Below, piece after piece: positions 40,901 to 53,800 of a DNA stretch of 64,000 bases. The number at the start of each line of letters is the position of its first letter. Position 1 is the stretch's first letter. The notes beneath the pieces are model-generated. The model was not told where the DNA came from, searched no databases, and saw nothing but the letters and a program-made list of their open reading frames with translations. The position numbers and the translations under genes are program-made. Source of the DNA: a virus. Where the stretch lies: positions 7,508-71,507 of IMG/VR virus record IMGVR_UViG_3300020204_002217, one strand, 5' to 3'.

Positions 40901-43900
40901 TTTTTGTACAATTACTGCACTATAAATAATTCTATCACTTGGTTGATTTTCATATAATAATAAATTATAACTTTCGTCAGGTATTAACAAACTAGCATTT
41001 GTGTTATTTGGTGTACCCTTTTCAACATAAAACTTTAATAATTTCTTATCACTAAATCCTGCCATTCTATAAACAAGTCTAACATCTAAATTATACAATA
41101 GTTCTTTAATATTGGTAGTACTGTCTAATCCTAGTTGTTTTTCAAAATCAACTATCCAATTAATATAACTTGTTTTTGCTGTACCGTTACCATATATTTC
41201 AATGTTAGCAGGTACAAGATGGCTGCGATCATTTACTAAGTATTGGTTAAATTCTTCGCTGTAACGATAATTGTCTAGGTCGGCACCTAAGTTATAAAAC
41301 TTAGCTGGTTTAGTTAATGCCATTAATCTCATCAAGTCAAATGGCCAAGTTGAACTACGGCGATAACTAAACTCTACCGGACCGTCGTCTCCTACCAACC
41401 AGTCTTTATTAAAGTTCTTACTTATATAATTGCCTACTGTAGAATTAATAGGCGGTACAATTTTTCCTTCGCTATCAACAGGCAATACTTCTAGCAATCC
41501 CGGACGTATAAATTCAGGAATAATTCTTATATCACCATTATTATAATCTATACCTGCTGCTAAATCTTCCCACATTACTAAGTTATTACTTGTATATGGA
41601 GCAGCACCATATTTTTCATCCCACCATTCTGGTTTGTTTACATATCCAATCATTTCCCAAGGTGTTTTATTGGGCATAGTAGTATCAAAGAAGTAACTGT
41701 TAATACCTCTCCAATAACCTTGAAGTATAGGACCTTTACTTAATTTGTTTTCACTATTTCTATAATTGAATGAGAAAGGATTAGTGCTTGAATAAAATTG
41801 ACGTTTATAATTTAATCTGTTTTGACCGACCCAATCTAAGAACATTGTGCTATACATGCTCAGAAATTCATCGTATGAGTAATCGCTAGGTCTAAAATAT
41901 CCAGGCAATATTTCATAATCTCTAATTGGAATAGTTGATCCTAATTTTAGGTTGTTATAAATTCTACTTTCAAACTCTAAAAGTACTTGATCTCTATAGT
42001 CAGTAAGCACTCCAGTGACAGGATCATAATCTCCGTATAATTGATTATATGATCCATCATGACCCTTAATAAAGTAAGTAGGTATTTGATAACCATCATC
42101 AAAAATAACTTGTGGTATAAAAGATGGATATAGTCCTAATTTAGTAGGTGTATTTGGAACAAAGCTACCATATGTCTGATTGTATTCGTTGATTGTAACT
42201 TCGTCGCCTTCTTGTAACTCTATTAAAACTGTTAAAGAAGGAGCAGTAGAACTTACAACATAATCAACATCACGTATCAGTTGTTTAACTATAGGTAATC
42301 CAGATGTTGGATATATTGTTCTGTAAACTAATACACCGTTATAATTTGCTACATTGAAGTCATAAACTCTAGACAATCCAAACACACTGCCTGTGCTATT
42401 GTTATTAAAGAAATAAGTATTGGTTGCGTACACGCTTCTGTTTGGTAGCATGTCCGACCAAAAGAATGATTGACTTCTATTTTTATATGCAGTAATTTGC
42501 TCCAATGCATCGTCAAGCATGAATGCAGGTGTAGACCCTATATTATATGAGGTTTTAGTTATAACATCAACTAATAAAGTTTTAAATTTTACGTACTCAC
42601 GACTATTATACAATATTGAATTTAATAGGTTATGATTTGGACCGCGCATAAATGCAGCAGGTAAAACCAAGCTAGCACTATTTTGTATAATTCTGTTACC
42701 CCAGGGTACAAGATTACCTAAATCTCTATAATTATTTGAACCAAAAACTACGCCTGTGATATTTGGATTATTATAGAATATACTTTGATATTGTCCGCGG
42801 ATATCACCTATGTTCACAGTTGTAATATCTGTATTAAATGGGTCATTACTTAAATTAATTGGTATTGTATAGCTTGCTTTTGTGCTTACTTTTTCACTTA
42901 TCATTAAGATTTGTATTACAGTATCAATATCCTGAGTTAGATTGATAGTAAAAATTGTATTTGTTCCATCAATTACATAAGAGTACTCATCAGTTGACAT
43001 TAAATTATTATTATTATATACCTGTAATACAGGCCAATATAAGTTGGTTTGATCTATGGGCGTGATGTCAGATTTTACCAAGAAAGAAATAGTATCTCCA
43101 TTTTGTAATAGTCTGGGAGGCACTGTAGCGTTATACTTGTATTGGAATAGTTGGTATTGAGTGCTTGGAGCAACAGCAGTCTGCCATCCTAATAATCTTT
43201 CTCTTTCTGTTCTTGTAATGTAATTATAAACATAACCTATGTTTATATTTTCTGTTACAGGTTCTGTTGTTATAACGTAATTAAATGTATCTTTGTTTAA
43301 GCTTACCTCAAAGCTTATATCTCCTACATTATTAAGTTCGCTATATTGTAGGGGAAAACCTAATACACTATCTTTAGGACCCTCTCCTATACCATAAGCA
43401 AATAATTTTGTACCTTCAAAACTTGAACCTTTATATACAGTTCGGTCGCCTATGCTTATTCCATTACTATCAAATATGTCGAATAAGGGAGGTTGATTGA
43501 CTGTTGTTTTTTGTTGCCCTTCTAAATATTCTAAGCCGTCAAAGTAAAATGTTAGACCCTGATAATTGTAACCTCTAGTTACTACTGTTTGATCATCAGA
43601 TAATATTTCTCCGTCAAACGCTTCTGTAAGTGTTATAACTGGAGTTGAGCCTGGTATAATAGTTGAAAAAGAAACTACATAAATTTTTGATTTAATACTT
43701 AAAATACTGTCATTAGCGAAAATAATTCTGGCTCCTGAAAACAATTGATAACTTGTATTATTTTCATTACCTGCTACAAATGAAGTATTAGTTACAGTAT
43801 TGAAATTTGTTGGATCGTCCCATGCTACAGTAATAGTTAATACTGTTACACCTGTTATATTTGTTATTAATGAGTTTAAAGGTAAAGTTTGTAATTGATC

Positions 43901-46900
43901 ACTAATATACATATCAGTGGTTAAAGTACCTTCAATATCATTGGCATTAATTGTAATTGTTGTTTCAGTTTCGCCAGCAGTCATAGCTGTTGGTGTTACA
44001 GCAACCGCAGGTGCAACACTGACTGTATATGTTCCTATACCTCCTGTACCTGTGCCCAATGCTGTTATTGTAGTTCCTACAGTTACGCCATCACCAGATA
44101 TAGTTGATCCTACTGTTATAGTTCCAGTAGTAACGGATAATACATTTAAAGTGGTGCCTGTTAATGATGCCACAAACTCTGCTCCCACTCCATTGATAGT
44201 AGCTGTAGGTAGTGAATAAGTTTGAACATCAGGCCAATAAACTGTTTGACCTGCTACATCACTAAATGCATCAGTTGTTCTATAATCAATAAAATCTACA
44301 GGAGCTTTACCTACAGTGCCACCCTTATACAGTTTTAAGTTTGGATAAAATTCTATAATTGGACGTTTTGCTTTATTTTGTGGGGTAGCATATAAATTTT
44401 CAATGTCTGGATTTTGATTGTAAGTTGCAGTATCTTCAATTACTTGTTTATGGAACCAACGATTACTACGTGACCAGGCATTACGATTAATACTATTTCT
44501 AGCTATAGTAATATAATCTTGATCTAATGGAATATAAAGTGCGTTATCATATGGATCAGTGTCAAAAGGCAAAATGTCATAAGGTGTATATGTATTTTTT
44601 GTAAAGGGTTCTGGTACTACCAATGTATTAGTTGGTACTAATTCTATTCCTCGTTCAGTACCTACACCCTCAACATAGTATTGACCCTCAAGATAGCTTA
44701 CTGGTATTACGTCACCGATAAATTCAACTTTTAATCCATTAGTAAATTGTACACCATTTTCACTAGTAAAATTTTTCTTGCCTAATATATCAAGTTCAAC
44801 ATTTAATGTGTTAAAATTATTGCCGTCTATAATTTTAATAATACCTACTTTTAATGGGCTGCTTCCATCTTGATAATATAATTTATTAAGGGGTGCTGAT
44901 ATATAAGGTATTTTTAGTATGTATCCTAAAGTATTTTTGTAAAAACCTAAGTTAATAAATTCTTCGCCGTATTGTGGAATAATCTTTTGATTAACTGGTA
45001 TAAGTCCTGTAGGTATTAATTGTAAGACTGGATCATTTGGATCACCCAAATAGTTTATAGTAAAGAACCAATCATTAACATTATAATTAAAGCCTTCTTC
45101 ATATAAACCTTGATTGATGTTTGCAGTCATGTTGCCAGAAGCTGTGGTTAAAACATGATCTTCTATTGCTGCACCATAACCTTCTATTGCTACACCAGTA
45201 GTCCCTGCATCAAAGTTTGTTGCTACAAATCTTTTAATATACGCACTGCCAGTAGTGTTTACCTGTGCTACACTTCCATAAGGACTTGCATATACAGTAT
45301 CTCCTACGTTATATGTAATACCTGTAGTATCTGCTAATGCATTCCAATCTGTGTCACCCAACGTTTCAATAACATAAGCTATGCCTGGAACAAATGAACC
45401 ACCATTTACTAAAACTGCTCCACAACTTGCCCAGTCAGTGTCACCTAGTATAGATATTTCATAAGTGTTACCAACAGTAAGTGAACTTGCGCTGGTTGTA
45501 CCTGTGCTTGTTGCTGTAAATCTTTGTTCAAACGCTTTACCTGTGCCTATGCCTACACCTGTAGCTATAAATGCTAAACCAACTGTATTATCATCAGCTC
45601 CTATAATTGTAAAATCTGTAGTGCCTACTTCACTAATAAAATATGTTTTTCCTATAGTGAAAAATCCTGCATTTGTTTCTGTTGCGCCTACTGATGTCCA
45701 ATTAGTTTGATCATATTCACTTATTGAATATCTACGTCCTACAACAAAAGAACCTGAATTTACTTTTGTATTAAGAGTAATATTAAATGTTGTTGCACTA
45801 TCAATTTCACTTACGTAGTAGATTGTATTTGGGTTGGTAGTATTATAAGAACTAATGTTACCAAATGTAACTGGATTAAATGTGATTGTTTGACCTACAT
45901 TTAAATTAGCTGTAGTATTTGCTGTTAAAAGACCAGTACTACTGTCAGTATTAGTAATGTTGATTAATTCAACACCGCCTGTAAATCCTAAATTTGTATC
46001 ATAATTACTTTGGTCATAAAAAGTATTAACTTGTGCAACTTCGTTTGGAATACCTGTATTATAAAATAAAACAGTTAGTCCGTTAAGACTGGTAACGCCA
46101 TCGATGCCGTTACTAAGTGAACTTAATTTAACACCGTTTAAATTTGCAAAACTTGTTGTACTAACTACACCAACAGGATTATTACCTGGGAAGTCAAATT
46201 CATCCTGAACATTTGCTGCAGGTACATTAAATGTTACAATGCCTGTTGTTGCACCATTATTAGTTACACCAAAAATTTCTCTTGTATATAAATTCGGCTG
46301 AGAAGGACTGTAGCCTGTAACACCTGGTTCGCCTTGTATCCAAAAATTGGTATTTTGGTTTACATAAAAGTTATATTCGCCGCCACGTATTAAAGTAATA
46401 GTTGGATTATTTGTTCCAGATGCAGCGCCTAATTCTTTTATATTGTATGCGTTAGGTAAATCTGTTACAACATAATCTTGTGCGACAAACACTGTGCTTG
46501 AACTAACCTGTACTGCTGGCGGACCTTCTGGTAACCAATAGTATTCATTATAGTTAATAACTGCATCTAGATTTGTAAAACTGTCCCAACTATAAAATTC
46601 ACTTTCAAATAATCTATTATTATCAGTCGATATTCCATTGCCTAACTTTATTGCATCAAGAATACCAGGATAGCTTAAAAAGTCTTTAGCTACTTCTTCA
46701 TCTTTTTTCGTAAAAACAACGCCTGGCTCTAATTGATAATCTCTTCTAACTTTAGTTGGTTCAGTTACATAATAGTCATTGGCATTAAGTCCATAACCAA
46801 ATCGTGAACCTATATAGCCCTGATTTTTCTGCAAAGTTGGGGGATTTACTAATTGATCCAATGTAGCCGCAAGAAATTGGCTATTCGTTGGGGTTTGAAA

Positions 46901-46939
46901 TATTTCCGGTAGAAATTCAAGTGTTCTTATTCTAGTCAT
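25988..46939 (-). CDS. Giant 6983-aa virion protein (baseplate wedge gp7-position N-terminus plus fibre/receptor-binding repeat array)
   Basis: Directly follows gp6. Contains ~16 'F..G..I.F..GG..YY(V/I)..I..F.IS...GG' beta repeats, FG-GAP-like and BNR/YCF48-like propeller regions, and ~10 GTTDF/GTG modules. One open frame of 20952 nt. Confidence 0.8.
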   Translation of the reverse strand: MTRIRTLEFLPEIFQTPTNSQFLAATLDQLVNPPTLQKNQGYIGSRFGYGLNANDYYVTEPTKVRRDYQLEPGVVFTKKDEEVAKDFLSYPGILDAIKLGNGISTDNNRLFESEFYSWDSFTNLDAVINYNEYYWLPEGPPAVQVSSSTVFVAQDYVVTDLPNAYNIKELGAASGTNNPTITLIRGGEYNFYVNQNTNFWIQGEPGVTGYSPSQPNLYTREIFGVTNNGATTGIVTFNVPAANVQDEFDFPGNNPVGVVSTTSFANLNGVKLSSLSNGIDGVTSLNGLTVLFYNTGIPNEVAQVNTFYDQSNYDTNLGFTGGVELINITNTDSSTGLLTANTTANLNVGQTITFNPVTFGNISSYNTTNPNTIYYVSEIDSATTFNITLNTKVNSGSFVVGRRYSISEYDQTNWTSVGATETNAGFFTIGKTYFISEVGTTDFTIIGADDNTVGLAFIATGVGIGTGKAFEQRFTATSTGTTSASSLTVGNTYEISILGDTDWASCGAVLVNGGSFVPGIAYVIETLGDTDWNALADTTGITYNVGDTVYASPYGSVAQVNTTGSAYIKRFVATNFDAGTTGVAIEGYGAAIEDHVLTTASGNMTANINQGLYEEGFNYNVNDWFFTINYLGDPNDPVLQLIPTGLIPVNQKIIPQYGEEFINLGFYKNTLGYILKIPYISAPLNKLYYQDGSSPLKVGIIKIIDGNNFNTLNVELDILGKKNFTSENGVQFTNGLKVEFIGDVIPVSYLEGQYYVEGVGTERGIELVPTNTLVVPEPFTKNTYTPYDILPFDTDPYDNALYIPLDQDYITIARNSINRNAWSRSNRWFHKQVIEDTATYNQNPDIENLYATPQNKAKRPIIEFYPNLKLYKGGTVGKAPVDFIDYRTTDAFSDVAGQTVYWPDVQTYSLPTATINGVGAEFVASLTGTTLNVLSVTTGTITVGSTISGDGVTVGTTITALGTGTGGIGTYTVSVAPAVAVTPTAMTAGETETTITINANDIEGTLTTDMYISDQLQTLPLNSLITNITGVTVLTITVAWDDPTNFNTVTNTSFVAGNENNTSYQLFSGARIIFANDSILSIKSKIYVVSFSTIIPGSTPVITLTEAFDGEILSDDQTVVTRGYNYQGLTFYFDGLEYLEGQQKTTVNQPPLFDIFDSNGISIGDRTVYKGSSFEGTKLFAYGIGEGPKDSVLGFPLQYSELNNVGDISFEVSLNKDTFNYVITTEPVTENINIGYVYNYITRTERERLLGWQTAVAPSTQYQLFQYKYNATVPPRLLQNGDTISFLVKSDITPIDQTNLYWPVLQVYNNNNLMSTDEYSYVIDGTNTIFTINLTQDIDTVIQILMISEKVSTKASYTIPINLSNDPFNTDITTVNIGDIRGQYQSIFYNNPNITGVVFGSNNYRDLGNLVPWGNRIIQNSASLVLPAAFMRGPNHNLLNSILYNSREYVKFKTLLVDVITKTSYNIGSTPAFMLDDALEQITAYKNRSQSFFWSDMLPNRSVYATNTYFFNNNSTGSVFGLSRVYDFNVANYNGVLVYRTIYPTSGLPIVKQLIRDVDYVVSSTAPSLTVLIELQEGDEVTINEYNQTYGSFVPNTPTKLGLYPSFIPQVIFDDGYQIPTYFIKGHDGSYNQLYGDYDPVTGVLTDYRDQVLLEFESRIYNNLKLGSTIPIRDYEILPGYFRPSDYSYDEFLSMYSTMFLDWVGQNRLNYKRQFYSSTNPFSFNYRNSENKLSKGPILQGYWRGINSYFFDTTMPNKTPWEMIGYVNKPEWWDEKYGAAPYTSNNLVMWEDLAAGIDYNNGDIRIIPEFIRPGLLEVLPVDSEGKIVPPINSTVGNYISKNFNKDWLVGDDGPVEFSYRRSSTWPFDLMRLMALTKPAKFYNLGADLDNYRYSEEFNQYLVNDRSHLVPANIEIYGNGTAKTSYINWIVDFEKQLGLDSTTNIKELLYNLDVRLVYRMAGFSDKKLLKFYVEKGTPNNTNASLLIPDESYNLLLYENQPSDRIIYSAVIVQKVREGYSVFGNNQQYAYFTIVKPIFDGELDNLVVENMTVKVAKNYSTTLEYVPYGTTFSTAQELSQFLMSYGNYIQQQGAQFNQITNAVPVTWQQMVLEFLYWSQMGWQDSSIVTLNPWATELNIDKPGLVVQPLTIQQQNFILNQNLYPIQLKDLSIVRNDTLFSVKTQNKGDTIAYGQFNLSAFENGIVFDNVTLFDDIIYNLITGLRQVRIKLYGTKTADWNGTVTASGFIYNQDNIEQWKKEVKYTKGSIVKYKNKFFTASTIIQPNNIFQEDEWKETDYNEIQKGLLPNSSTRSYESALYYNTDVANLEKDADLLSFSLIGYRPRDYLAIADLTDITQINVYKNFIKNKGTLNALTAFQGAQLPQGGIDYTVYENWAIKSQAFGGVLNDNFVEFRLKQKLLTNNPGTVALTNGVYTPGIQQQVPIYSLFNYSQPISNPNVLPTIEPTSYSDIYPNAGYANVNDVKMLAYYVSELPSAIGANGVPVTLNEFYVNQFVWIANYLADFQIYTPKVIGNVISVQINNNQNFSTVTFKQPHGLTKFQPFAIINFSPIVDGYYICQEILDQNKVIIELTFNLTNNVNIVTGQGVAYKFQTARVANASQINSLPLIDTEFVKNTVWVDEAESGSWAVYRKSINYKFEEEFTKQNSAKFGSAVGYDSIAGYLITDKDIGSLYRYTYNDLYENYQLNETITETTSYGTALAHAQNLYIVSQPTGTPKVYVYTINDTPVTDDFVTYQEISRHASATGEWGEALAFSGDTNWLYISAKDDNKIFVYRKSNIPYTAGYFAVGQTFQITSLGDEIVATSITIGQTYQIVSQGTTDFTTIGAASNEIGTVFTATAVGTGNGKVLEDPTDFTAVGADDNLVGLYFVATGVGSGTGQASQVTYQYSSVITGVSAEAYGTSISTDYYGDTLVVGAPSKDYSVSVENTGASYVYQRLIQNIETQAPSINGQPQVFPLAWTPSTLSRTATSTLDGSSNTITLNDIANINPNDAIVFTGNDLLDTNIIANQVYYVGSIVGSTITIKTSRSTNTVVNLATKAGPLTISATIQSTPLYVSVNGINVTDDNYYVIGSNIYYAGFLRAGDVINISSNNFVLVQAIDSPNTQRTGTGFGTSVSSNRYGNEIIIGAPFALNSANEEGAVYRYTNGSQKYGSITGNQSVSITTNRKLLINGYYILLTAGDAESVMEAINSANITNIVASQTNGILVIQLLDNDLAPINEKLNISVTEIDTLTELGFTLYTNTQTIQCPHLTGPTQFGTFVKFNTSNNSIVVSAPVGTRYAQTLFDFTDDANLDNDTVFDNNCTQFIEGFVNAGAVYMYDYIGIYNENINNVGAFVYAQCVNDQNLNYGSQPRYGTTLDFNENRVVVGTPNFRPDFTDGQVTTFVNLNGLNDWQIFRESAEVVDITKIQNTQIFSASTNNTLVHLDYVDPLQGKILGAVRPNIDYVCNNDPAGYSIFLDTGEMWGARNVGQIWFDTSNIRYLNYHQNDPAYNARYWANLFPNSDVAIYSWVVSEQIPVNYEGPGIPYNINNFSVEAVNDNNGGNSLLYYFWVRDTGIIAKQRGKTLSDTTISNYIANPLASGIAYLAPLLPNAFALYNSQSYLNADDSVLHVGYSTGSTAAESHNEFNLIRVNNPDDFLPGFPTVDSIYPTSLYDKLLDSLSGVVNYSPGTDEPGQIVPNPYLPKAVQSGILARPRQSFFYNRNLALKNYLTFANAELAKYPINEIRPGATFLNNKGYIEVNGEQVLIYNTRDYVNNINWWAPGYDNSTRAALRVPLYADLSKLQVPYGTIVSVATNGDGNTEWYIYDEDNITGKESWIRIGLQNGTIEFSSTLWDYSKGRLGFGDNFFDTDTYDVYPSGPTRWIIRALNEQIYTNELLILRNQSLILLFDYIQSETVESQNYLPWLNKTSLVDISHKIRELIPLKVFQSDNQTFLEGYVNEVKPYHVVIKDFLIQYTGEEIYQGNITDFDLPAQFAFDINQFVSPELVYQNPNTGYQYLPGNDIWQNAEYTQWYNNYGVSITGQNDFLITTLGSYVTLASNFIIVDNASGFPINGVIKIYDPSDPTKQSYELIGYSNVNRALNTLSGLVRGLNSTTVFDHLPGQNIYIDLPPVLLLDGGSQYTEPPKVTAYIDIGLTEAGTFISGRNYIIQSLGLNNNPTDFTLIGATSNTIGLSFIATGAGTGTGTASLYPEPKVPAVLEAVMSLDSVVSVTVINPGLGYVFLPEIIIDPALVIDFTVSDINELTNTIKIFAPSLSTGNLLRYKNNPGSINVGGLDNNQWYYINVLENAPFTIIALYTSFDDAVNDVDRVTLYNQGSGSHTLNFGAKASTISSAMPVRENNINLRFDRTTYNSQVTDWRADAFYGSFFAGTYENSERVSSSIISLQSTTPPIENILASAQGVVFPINTVESIPTSITIDNSDGVEWSSFERTVVDFDGTNDTIELEPYDDDTGEPNSSGSTIGFTIGMPIKMIGDVGTSGLQGFTVYYISEIVDEKNFKVSLTNGGSSINLADYTVSPAGCKLYTAEIVNKTIISVDYSGIRTITGASANVNALTVPITAIGTGGTTGLYTNIPLFFTLPGVIDPPLYAGNIRMNQTYYVTSILDEQTFTISESKNPTTYILTETNSTGNYVFLDSTTGLAVNEPITFSNLEISGLTVSNFGNILEGVIYYVSSIIDLQIITLSESINGTTFAVTTVASATDTTGLGTSQAEVVQLTDADTDIVMNVSLPVSPGQVDGQLFTFYDTSPQYVNIDVFTIGNLISRSVMASLTGINALAIEDVYIVEVVDGTTNMYVNMPFTLDQDLGGLTSGTTYFIKTIGVLETTVTATTSANLLLTSDTSNLYDNASIIFSGSGLGGIVIGVQYYVVPSSIVSNTSFKISLSPGGPEEDLTADSGPMTGAGEPFITLSSSIGGSTIALSSETKTVVLDQEITSTPIFDVSYILGGYRVQIQDAGSGFATDNTITIAGVLIGGTTPNNNLTIVVETIGANGQLENVICQGTPAGVANQYYLKVLSANTFEVYSNPLLTQHVNINDFNYNGYTTTTASSIASNIITVTNASEFNINDTIIFSGTVFGGVTLGTPYYILTKSSNTITISDQPGGSTFSLTNSSGNMTMAKAGAFTFLPEPFYFNQSIVKYNNNVYRCIVSNNDPEFVYGKWELLNSGDRVLNGLDRIIGYYQPTVDMPGVDTTQLVTGTRYPNNNYLGNAFEPDQQFPLDTQLQAQAFYPTNINMESLIFVGTRYFAPANLPTYSAFAVDIDDVNWDIAKIANEPLGLSDVIYSGTYYVMTSTNSATPIIRSVNSTAWTTAGQLIPFGKTSQYAIPLSNGALSLNSVAYNNGVYVAVGNKIVLSTNSTVWQEVFRFDSNLTQELYGISYVSTSLFSGWIAVGKGQRYDYSSGLTEIVSTNIILYSTNGYNWTSAGSATQNGFYSITSDGTNIIIVGDNGAIYTSTQPGTWQGITETNVNLVLGSSLQKIAVGSTLGFIVGDTVRFTKPFDIIDDDVSYTVTGILSSNFITINSDVTAGNLEIGKTYTILNPGTSNFVLVGAATNTPGVVFTATGTTSGTGTVGLSGIGSIPEQTLMYKYPYEPKLNDVIYQNNIYMAVGNDGEVRTSSDGFNWVTQTSGVTENLNAINFDSAETRFTVVGDNNTAIRSYDDGVTWDIDNFFNIVSPAYEVIGSPFVFGYGPEELVPGIVTDNLNMTVSTRAGTNWEVTEYQHVGYNSISVEYDPDTADQVQYMYGPMRHVHGHSHEGIQITSETTAQLTVYQINGTTNLGTRLYEGIDYTVNYVNNYITLTNPLPFSPIMDKLRIDVYEVGNSDQLVKSSTKTDPIRANLITGFQEINLNCNYSASVFQGSGLIQPGTEPIEITVIKTESVSNYIICTDVSYFVQNTIVRFTGDTYGGLLEDTNYYVKEISNARNAIIISASASGGIAGPAVELLDGPLTGEGPMSVIIQIGSGLVYTDPVMYHNGSLLTYGITGSVFKTKNTNNAITINTTALLSVNDPIKFSETVTFGGANLVPLTTYYINNIIDDNEFTISATLGGPTILLAEGSGGGIFITYDYAIGIQSDSVQAKVLLADQYDQDIDYLVYSFFGETSPIQYGYTLPQTELFNGNGSTSQFALSYFVGQDNPGNAIVEINGLRQTGSQYTINSSLDTLTFVSPPPANSVVAITSYNLTDRQYFNTEFGVTGTLGGDFLELVVESTNNSIGSYDQDTPSIQTYDQNTPSIVTYDENLNWLTLASGYTTTELNVNDTIIFQSPVLDGIVAGKIYYIIEILNSTEFVISETLGGPALQLTNDTGAMPVLVNSLTVANIIFISNTLSSPIAETNVTGTSSTTNVITCSSTANFVVGQTALFKTSRSSADSLTNGVQYRIEVLGDTNWNAVGYVGTPVVYGTFTANATVGSGTGKALQASLGGISLLGTTYFVDTIINASEFTIKDEDGNQIALTDDTGFILVQIGGQPAVRVQTGIPHALTENTFVQIDGVEGSTQLNNNKYYVHIISTTIVDLYTEPYNPAYAQPNYPVEMVSAYISDGYIWRAGLFVITLTTATDTNATTDRITVESTDGLIINTPVLFTEVGANIGDAIMSSSNIIDGTTYYVKTVAPETVATALITDYEYQILTVGDTDFTLVGAVDNNVGTIFIATGAGTGTGTTSSLNEFTISATRQGDIFALNNASGTITVTQWEQSNVDRLWVTVNGYRLPSSHLRLNAANELSILTTIEPGDEVIITSMIPNATPNEESYLNLVDKNNQPAVYRANSQTRTFLRHALNDIDNEIYLDDLSKVTQSEAHMYMVMAPTDDGYEFGLYANKEVLCGILVRNETKNIEIPKTQFEVEIEALSPTLIITENSEYLEEGDELMITVIEGRDLIINGEYIKFFSCDPDLNTVGNLQRGANGTGMQLSIPKYTEVFSLLPNNRMIASNYNRTWNSYTYNTTLGDPLSISTTSAAIFLNSNIY
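28171..28234. repeat. 30-bp tandem duplication (2 copies, 26/30 identical, plus a partial copy)
   Basis: catatgttactatgctaggtgtattttggt / catatgtttgtatgctaggagtatcttggt / cata; encodes [22 protein letters not shown]. Confidence 0.85.
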
Positions 46940-46940
46940 T

Positions 46941-49900
46941 TTATCTTTCTTGCAACTCTGCAGGAGTTAATGCAGCAATTACTACAACATCATTTGATGT
47001 AGCTGCATTAACAAAAATCTCATATGGTGCAGATTTAATCTCATACAAATCACCGAACTGTGCTTCAGGATTATTTGGTACAAGTACAGCACTATTAATT
47101 AAATCACCACATTCATTATGTAGATAGGCACTAAGTTCGCTGAAATAAAATGTTTCACCGAAGTTCCAATTATTGATGTTAAAGTAATTATTCATAGCAG
47201 TTAATACAGCACTACGTATTTCACTATCACTAGCACTTGTATCTACATTTTTAATTACTTTTATTGTTCCTCTAAGTGCTGCGTCTGCTTTAATTCCAAA
47301 TAAGGGTTTAAAAGTAACGCAGTTTAAAATTACGCTATCACTCAACATTTTATAATCATTAATTTTGCCGTATGCAATATTTAATTCTGTTGTAGTTGGC
47401 TTATCTGGATAAGGTACTGTATTAGTTGTATCAACTAACCAATTATTATATGCAGTATAATAACTTTGCGTTACTACATATAAGTCAATTATGTTTGTTG
47501 TAGCTGGATCGATACGTGTAGTATTGTTGCTATTATGACGATATTGGAAACTTAAGCCCTGTCTGCCAGGTTTCATAGTATATAGTGGTTGTAGTACTAA
47601 ACTATACGAAGGCGTTGTTACTGTAGGATCTTGTACAGTTTTATAGAAAACATTATACTTTTCATAACTATCAATTTCAGCATATGCATAAAATAATTGT
47701 CCTAATGGATAATCATATTTTACTACTTCAATTTGATTTTTATTACTATATTGATATTCAACTTCACTTGTAGGAACAATTTGTTCTCTTGTTAAATTGA
47801 TTGGATCTTGAATTGTAACGAAAAATACATACTTACCGATGTTTGCAGCATCCGTTTGCACACCAGTTACAGTTTCAAAAAAATCTGGATTTAATATTAA
47901 AGTTTTATTATTAACATCTGTACCTGAAACTTCTACTTCAAAATCATTAATATAACCGTCGCTTTCAACAGTTTGACCAACAATATTTACTTTAATATCT
48001 CTTGATAATGAAGTGTTTGAATATGGTATAGTATTTATTGATAAGATGTTTATGTAATCTTGTAAAATTTTACCACTGAAAGGATCATAAACTAATTCTC
48101 CTGTGCTAAAGGCAAATCTAATATCTTCAACACTGCCGAAATAGTAAGTCAATGATTTATAAGTTACGCTATATCTATTATTACCCAAACTTAAAAAATT
48201 AACAAAATAATCAGGATCTTCATATGGACGTATTGACCATCTTTGTTGATCTATTGCTAATGAATTATTAAAGACTAAGGAGAAGCTGAGTTGTAGTTCC
48301 ATCCTGTCAACACATTCATTTACTATAATAGTATTAAGTTTATTTTCAAATACAGGTATAACTTGTGTACAAATTGCGCCTTGTGGAATAAAGCCATTTA
48401 ATGTAACTGGTCCTGTTCCATTTGCAAAGTTTCCTTGACCGTTATTATTACCGTCTCCATTTATGTTAAGAACAGTAGTCCAAATACTTGTAGGATTGTT
48501 AGGTCCTGGTATACCAGAAACTAGTCTATTTTTATCGTTAAAATAAAATCCTATTGGTGCTGTAAATTGTACTAAAGCACCTTGTGTAATATATTTGGCA
48601 TTATTGCTATTAAACAGACCAATTGCTAAGGGCACATCATTGTTTAAGTTAATATTATAAAAATATCCTGTTTGACTATTTGCATCTACTGTACTGCTAT
48701 GCCAGTAAACTGTGCCGTCACCGCTAGCAGCATCTAAGTTGTAACGCTCATAGTTTTGAATATAGTATTGATTTGCCTTATTTGAAGCAAGAACGGTTGC
48801 CAAATCAACAGATAAGAATTCGATAATATCACTTTGGTCAACAATAGTTAAGTTTAAAAATCCATCAATATCAGTTTGATATAAAGCACCATCACTACCA
48901 AAACTATTAAGGCTTGAATATTTGCCTGTTGGATCAAGTAAATCTAAATTTTTGCTTACGCCTACGCTACTACGGTTTACTGCTTTTGATTTTATTATTG
49001 AACTGTATAAAGTATAGGGGAAATTATTATAATCTTCACCATTAACCATACGATTTTGTGTATAGTAACGTGTTGGTGCGCGTTGTTTTATATCAGGCAA
49101 TGTTTCACGTGCCTGAGCATTAGATACTGGGTTAGTAAGAGTTAATCCAACAGTCAGTGTTTCAATTTTGCCAACTCTACTGATGTAATTAAATGATACA
49201 CTAATACCTTGCATTTCGCTTGGATCGATTGTATAAGTTAAACCATTGCCAGCACGTACATAGGCTCTAAATGCTCCTACAGGAATTTTACTGAATACGC
49301 CGTCTCCAAATACATATGTTACTTGATCGTTAAATCTACTATTGACACTAAAGATTTCTCTATTGCTACCTTCGGTTTGTAAATATGCGTTGGCGTAAAC
49401 ACTATCTACTTGACGCCATAAAATTCTTGTATTATTATCTGCACTTAATTGATATAACCAAGTATCAGTATTATTGATGCCCTCAATGTTGATATCAACT
49501 ATTTGATTTGATATTTGCTGAGTAAAATTAAAATCTACGTTTTGTAATATACCTTGTTTAAAGTAAAAGAAAAATCCAGTATCGCCACTACCATATCCTA
49601 GTTGGTCGTTCCTGTAACACAAATTAAAGCGTCCGCTGGGAGCCGGCGGAATTTCATATAAGTAATCTTTACCAACGCTACTTACACTTACTAGTTCAAA
49701 AGACATAGTTGTACCGTCTATACTAGTTTGAAAAGGGGCGATTGGTAATGTATTAGTTGGTATTTTTATTGAATATTCGCTAGTTACCACACCTAATATA
49801 TCGCTTACATTTCCTGGTCTACCTATTTTTTGTGTGTCGATAAGTGCAGCGTTAATGATTGCATTAAACTGCTCTAAGAAAAATATATTAGCTGGGTCAT

Positions 49901-50333
49901 TCCATAGAACAGGTACATTACTTAAGTTAGTACCATTTAAATCTATAACATTCTGTGTGGTTGATATGCTTGTGATTTTAAGGTAACCTTCAGAACACAG
50001 ATTACGTTTTGGCGTATAGCTTACAAGATTTGCTAACTTAATAACACTATCACGGCGTTCGGCTGTGTCTAAGAAATTTTCACGACTATTAAGATCATTA
50101 CGAAATGCTAGACCTTGACCCATAAAGGCCATAACGTCTAGTAATGCAATATATTCACTACTTTCGATATAATCATTAAATGTTTCTGGATAATAGACAC
50201 GAAGATAATCTATGAAACTTTTACGCAAAGTTTCATAATCATAGCTAAGGAAATCGGCTTCACGAAAAGTTTGATAGATTGCTTTCCAATCATTTACACC
50301 GAACAATGCAGCTTGTCTTGAACTTGTAGCCAT
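46941..50333 (-). CDS. gp6: Baseplate wedge subunit, T4 gp6-like
   Basis: DY.TLR..FIDYLR..F.DY.ESS..LLD.MA, ENFLDTA.RRDSV..LA..VSY.PK, FGDGVF.KIP, AP..Y.TQNRMV..EDY. Confidence 0.85.
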   Translation of the reverse strand: MATSSRQAALFGVNDWKAIYQTFREADFLSYDYETLRKSFIDYLRVYYPETFNDYIESSEYIALLDVMAFMGQGLAFRNDLNSRENFLDTAERRDSVIKLANLVSYTPKRNLCSEGYLKITSISTTQNVIDLNGTNLSNVPVLWNDPANIFFLEQFNAIINAALIDTQKIGRPGNVSDILGVVTSEYSIKIPTNTLPIAPFQTSIDGTTMSFELVSVSSVGKDYLYEIPPAPSGRFNLCYRNDQLGYGSGDTGFFFYFKQGILQNVDFNFTQQISNQIVDINIEGINNTDTWLYQLSADNNTRILWRQVDSVYANAYLQTEGSNREIFSVNSRFNDQVTYVFGDGVFSKIPVGAFRAYVRAGNGLTYTIDPSEMQGISVSFNYISRVGKIETLTVGLTLTNPVSNAQARETLPDIKQRAPTRYYTQNRMVNGEDYNNFPYTLYSSIIKSKAVNRSSVGVSKNLDLLDPTGKYSSLNSFGSDGALYQTDIDGFLNLTIVDQSDIIEFLSVDLATVLASNKANQYYIQNYERYNLDAASGDGTVYWHSSTVDANSQTGYFYNINLNNDVPLAIGLFNSNNAKYITQGALVQFTAPIGFYFNDKNRLVSGIPGPNNPTSIWTTVLNINGDGNNNGQGNFANGTGPVTLNGFIPQGAICTQVIPVFENKLNTIIVNECVDRMELQLSFSLVFNNSLAIDQQRWSIRPYEDPDYFVNFLSLGNNRYSVTYKSLTYYFGSVEDIRFAFSTGELVYDPFSGKILQDYINILSINTIPYSNTSLSRDIKVNIVGQTVESDGYINDFEVEVSGTDVNNKTLILNPDFFETVTGVQTDAANIGKYVFFVTIQDPINLTREQIVPTSEVEYQYSNKNQIEVVKYDYPLGQLFYAYAEIDSYEKYNVFYKTVQDPTVTTPSYSLVLQPLYTMKPGRQGLSFQYRHNSNNTTRIDPATTNIIDLYVVTQSYYTAYNNWLVDTTNTVPYPDKPTTTELNIAYGKINDYKMLSDSVILNCVTFKPLFGIKADAALRGTIKVIKNVDTSASDSEIRSAVLTAMNNYFNINNWNFGETFYFSELSAYLHNECGDLINSAVLVPNNPEAQFGDLYEIKSAPYEIFVNAATSNDVVVIAALTPAELQER

Positions 50334-50351
50334 AATAAAACTCTGTTTTAG

Positions 50352-50359
50352 TATTTATC
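50352..50359 (-). promoter_or_regulatory. Late promoter-like GATAAATA
   Basis: Intergenic between gp25 and gp6. Confidence 0.55.
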
Positions 50360-50382
50360 AATATGAAAAACTGGGTTTTTAA

Positions 50383-50832
50383 CTATTGTAATGAAGCTGA
50401 GTTTAATCCGCTGTTAAAGAAAACGCTTAAAACTTGCGGATTATTAAAGGGTGCAACAGCTACTTGTAATTCAATTAATATGCCATTTTGCACGGGACTT
50501 GCTTTAACTGTATTAACTTGCAATCTAGGATCAAGTGTTGCAACTCTACGTAACTCAACTTCTAATTTGCCCTGTACGTCTGGTGTATTAGGCTCAAATA
50601 TAAATTCCCATAAACTGGTTCCATACTGCGGTTGTCCTACCTTTTCGCCTATGCGAATGTTTAAAGCGTTCATAAAATCTTGTATTACAAGTTTTTCATC
50701 TGTAAGTTTAAACTTTTTTCCATAAACTATGGGTTCTCTAATTCCCCCTGGACCTCCGTCAATTCCATTTACCATGTTGGAAGACTTAGGTTTGTTTGCA
50801 TTGATTGTACTAAATCCAAGATATTGTGGCAT
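50383..50832 (-). CDS. gp25: Baseplate wedge subunit gp25 (GPW/gp25 family)
   Basis: LTD..LVIQD..N.L.IR.GEKVGQPQYGTSLWEFIFEP..DPRL. Confidence 0.9.
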   Translation of the reverse strand: MPQYLGFSTINANKPKSSNMVNGIDGGPGGIREPIVYGKKFKLTDEKLVIQDFMNALNIRIGEKVGQPQYGTSLWEFIFEPNTPDVQGKLEVELRRVATLDPRLQVNTVKASPVQNGILIELQVAVAPFNNPQVLSVFFNSGLNSASLQ

Positions 50833-50838
50833 ATTCTT

Positions 50839-50846
50839 TATTTATT
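50839..50846 (-). promoter_or_regulatory. Late promoter-like AATAAATA
   Basis: 6 nt before the gp25 ATG; no Shine-Dalgarno. Confidence 0.45.
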
Positions 50847-53800
50847 AAATGATTGTGCCGTCAGGTAGTACTCTAGCTCCGGGCGGAAGCCTTCTAAATC
50901 TTAAATAAAATGCTCTATACTGCTGCGGTATTTGATTTATATTATACTGCGTGGGATTTGTTGGTGTTATAGGTAGTTGTGTACTAACTGCTGTGCTGCT
51001 TATTTGATTTTGAGCAGTAAGACTATCTACTTTATTCTTGGCAGCTAATATTTCAGGGCTTCCTTGTGGATAGTTTGAAGCAATAAAGTCATAATCTTTT
51101 TTAGCTAAAGCAAGGTTTCTTACCTCAGTGCTTAATGCTTCTGCTTCTTTAGCTTGTAATGCTCTAGTAGATATACCTGCTCCAATAACTGTTGTTGCTC
51201 CTGTATTAGTAGTTACTATACCCTGAGCAACTTGATTAACAGTTTGTCCATCAGTGGTAGCATCGTTGATTATATTTTTTGGAATACCACTAACCCCTTG
51301 ATTTGCAGGATTATTACGATTATTTGCATTAACTCCCCTGTTAAGAACTTGCTGTCTGGCTTTTTCTCTAATCTTGTTTAGTTCTTGTATTTGAAGTTCA
51401 CTTACTCCCTCAATGAATATAGGAGCAGGTATCTTAGGATCGCCTATAGTGCTTAAAATTTGTTTATTAATACCCGCTCTGTTTACAGTTTTGTTTTTAC
51501 TTACACCTTTCCTTATTTTACGTTTGCCGCCAAACAATGCTGCTACAGAAGCTACAGCATTCATAACGTTAAACGCAGTGCCTAATGCTGCTGAACCCGC
51601 CTGTACTATACTATCAAATCCTGCCTTAGCTGATGAGAAGATACCAGCAATACCTCCTCCTGCTGGACCTCCAAATATTTGTTGAGCAAATTGCCCTGAT
51701 TTACTTAAACCTACGGTTACTCCAGTTAATTCTCTTGTTTTAGTAGCGAAGCCTACAGCTTTTGAGGCATTCGTAATTGCTGTAAATGTGTCTCTTATTT
51801 GTCCTGGTAATACTTTAATAGCTGTACTAATAGTTTGTACTGCGTTATTAATAGTAGTTACGTAACCGCCAATACCAGGTATACTTCCTAACCCGCTAGC
51901 AAGAGCATTGCCTGCTAGGCTAAATTGCCCAGCATTTAAAAATAAACCTGCAGCTTTTATACTTTGTGCAGCACCAAGTGCTGTGTTTTGTAGTCCTAAC
52001 AATTTGGTCTGAGAGGCTAAACCTGCCTGAGCAAAAGCACTGTTAATATTAACTGTACCAGTAATATTATTTTTAAAATTAGCCTTTAATTGATTTGTAA
52101 ATGTACTGGTATATGTATTAGCAGCGTTAATAAATTGGTTACTGACATAACCAGCCAATCCGCCCTGTTTTGAACCTTTAATACTGAAATTTGTAAATCT
52201 TTCTATACCCTTAGCTGCTGCCAATGCACCAAGATTGATTGGCTGTCCGGCTTCTAGTTTGCCAATACCTTCTTTGACAACACTTAGTGCTGCACCGGTA
52301 GTGCCTTTATTGTAATCAATTTTACCAGCAAATTTAGGATTTCTTTCCATAAATTGTATTGCTGCTGAAATTGGTTTGTCTGATGAATTCACTGCATTTA
52401 CAGCTTGATTACCTAAATTTACTGTCTGTGCAATCTTATCTGTTTTACGTGCTATGGTAGCTGCAGTACTGCTACCAGTAGATTGAGCGACCCTACGCGC
52501 TACTGCTGCTGTGCTGGTAGTGGCTGCTGCTAATGTAACTCCTGCTTCTTGATTTGGAGCTGCAGTACCTGTTATAACACCAGCTTGTATTAACTCAGTT
52601 TGGGCTCTTTGATAAGAAGAATTAGCTGCGCCTGCTTGCGATGTATAACTTGCGATTAATTCTTGGAAGTTTTTAGCTCCTGCTTTGCCAGTAAACAAAT
52701 TTGTAGCAAAGGCTCGTTCTGGTGGCATACCTTTGTTGATATTATTTTCAATAAGAGTGGCTGCGCCTGGTTTCAATATACCGCCACTTTCCAACTGGCT
52801 TATTGGCATTCCAGCAGGTCCTACACGTATTTCCTTTTTTCCATTTACATCAACAATTGCGTAACCGTTTTTATTGCTGCTTGCGAAAGGAGAATTAGCA
52901 TTAACTTGACTTTGCGCAGCTAACATTGCTCCTGCATTCAAATTATCAATATTTTTACTTACTCCTGATAATGATGGACTGTTTGACATAATGCCACTAG
53001 CAATTTGTCCTTCAAGTTGTGCTACTTCTTTGTTAATTTTTGCAACCTGCTCATTTGGAGCATCTGGAAGTGCGCTTGATTTTGACAAATCAACTTTTAA
53101 ATCAACACCCTTATTACTATCATCCCAAGGATAGTGCGCAGGCACTCTACTACAAATTGATGCCATTGCATTGGGTACGCTAACAAAGCCTTGATCTGGT
53201 GTCCATATATTATCAATGTTTGTAACAATATCACTGCCCTTTACATCTTTAGCAATTAATGGACTAGTTAATGTGTTTATTAATACAACTTTACCCTTTA
53301 TAAATGTTAATAAAGATCCGCTAAAACTAGCTACACCGCCACTTTCTATTGATAATCCTAAACCACCCTTAATAGTCATAATCATACCAGAACTTAAATT
53401 ATATTCTGAACCAGCTAAATGTTTTGTTTTCTTAGCACTAGTAAGTTCTAAATCGCCGTTAGTATTAATTTTTGTATTTTTGTTGCCATTGATATTAACA
53501 TCACGATCTGCGTGTATGTTAATATCCCCTTGACTTCTCATGTTAATACTATTGGTAGAGTACATATCAATAGTACCTTCTTTACCAAACTCAATATATG
53601 ATTGACCATTACTATGAAGTATTGATAAAATCTGATTTTTATCGTGCATCATTATTTGATGCCCGCCAGCAGTTCTAACTCTTACTAATTGGTCTCTACC
53701 TAATATATCACCGTCATCCATTACAATGCTATGGCCACCGCGTCTACCTATAACTTTAAGTTGTGATTGATCTATGCCTTCATCTAATGCTTTAGGTAAA

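Noticed and set aside
26900-45765. Repeats in the giant gene as a CRISPR array, DGR template/variable repeats or inteins
   Set aside because: Similarity is at the protein level with diverged DNA. There are no constant spacers, no adenine-specific mismatch pair, no reverse transcriptase and no C...HN intein ends.
50366-50380. Inverted repeat AAAAAC-TGG-GTTTTT after gp25 as a terminator
   Set aside because: AT-rich 6-bp stem with a 3-nt loop; too weak to call.
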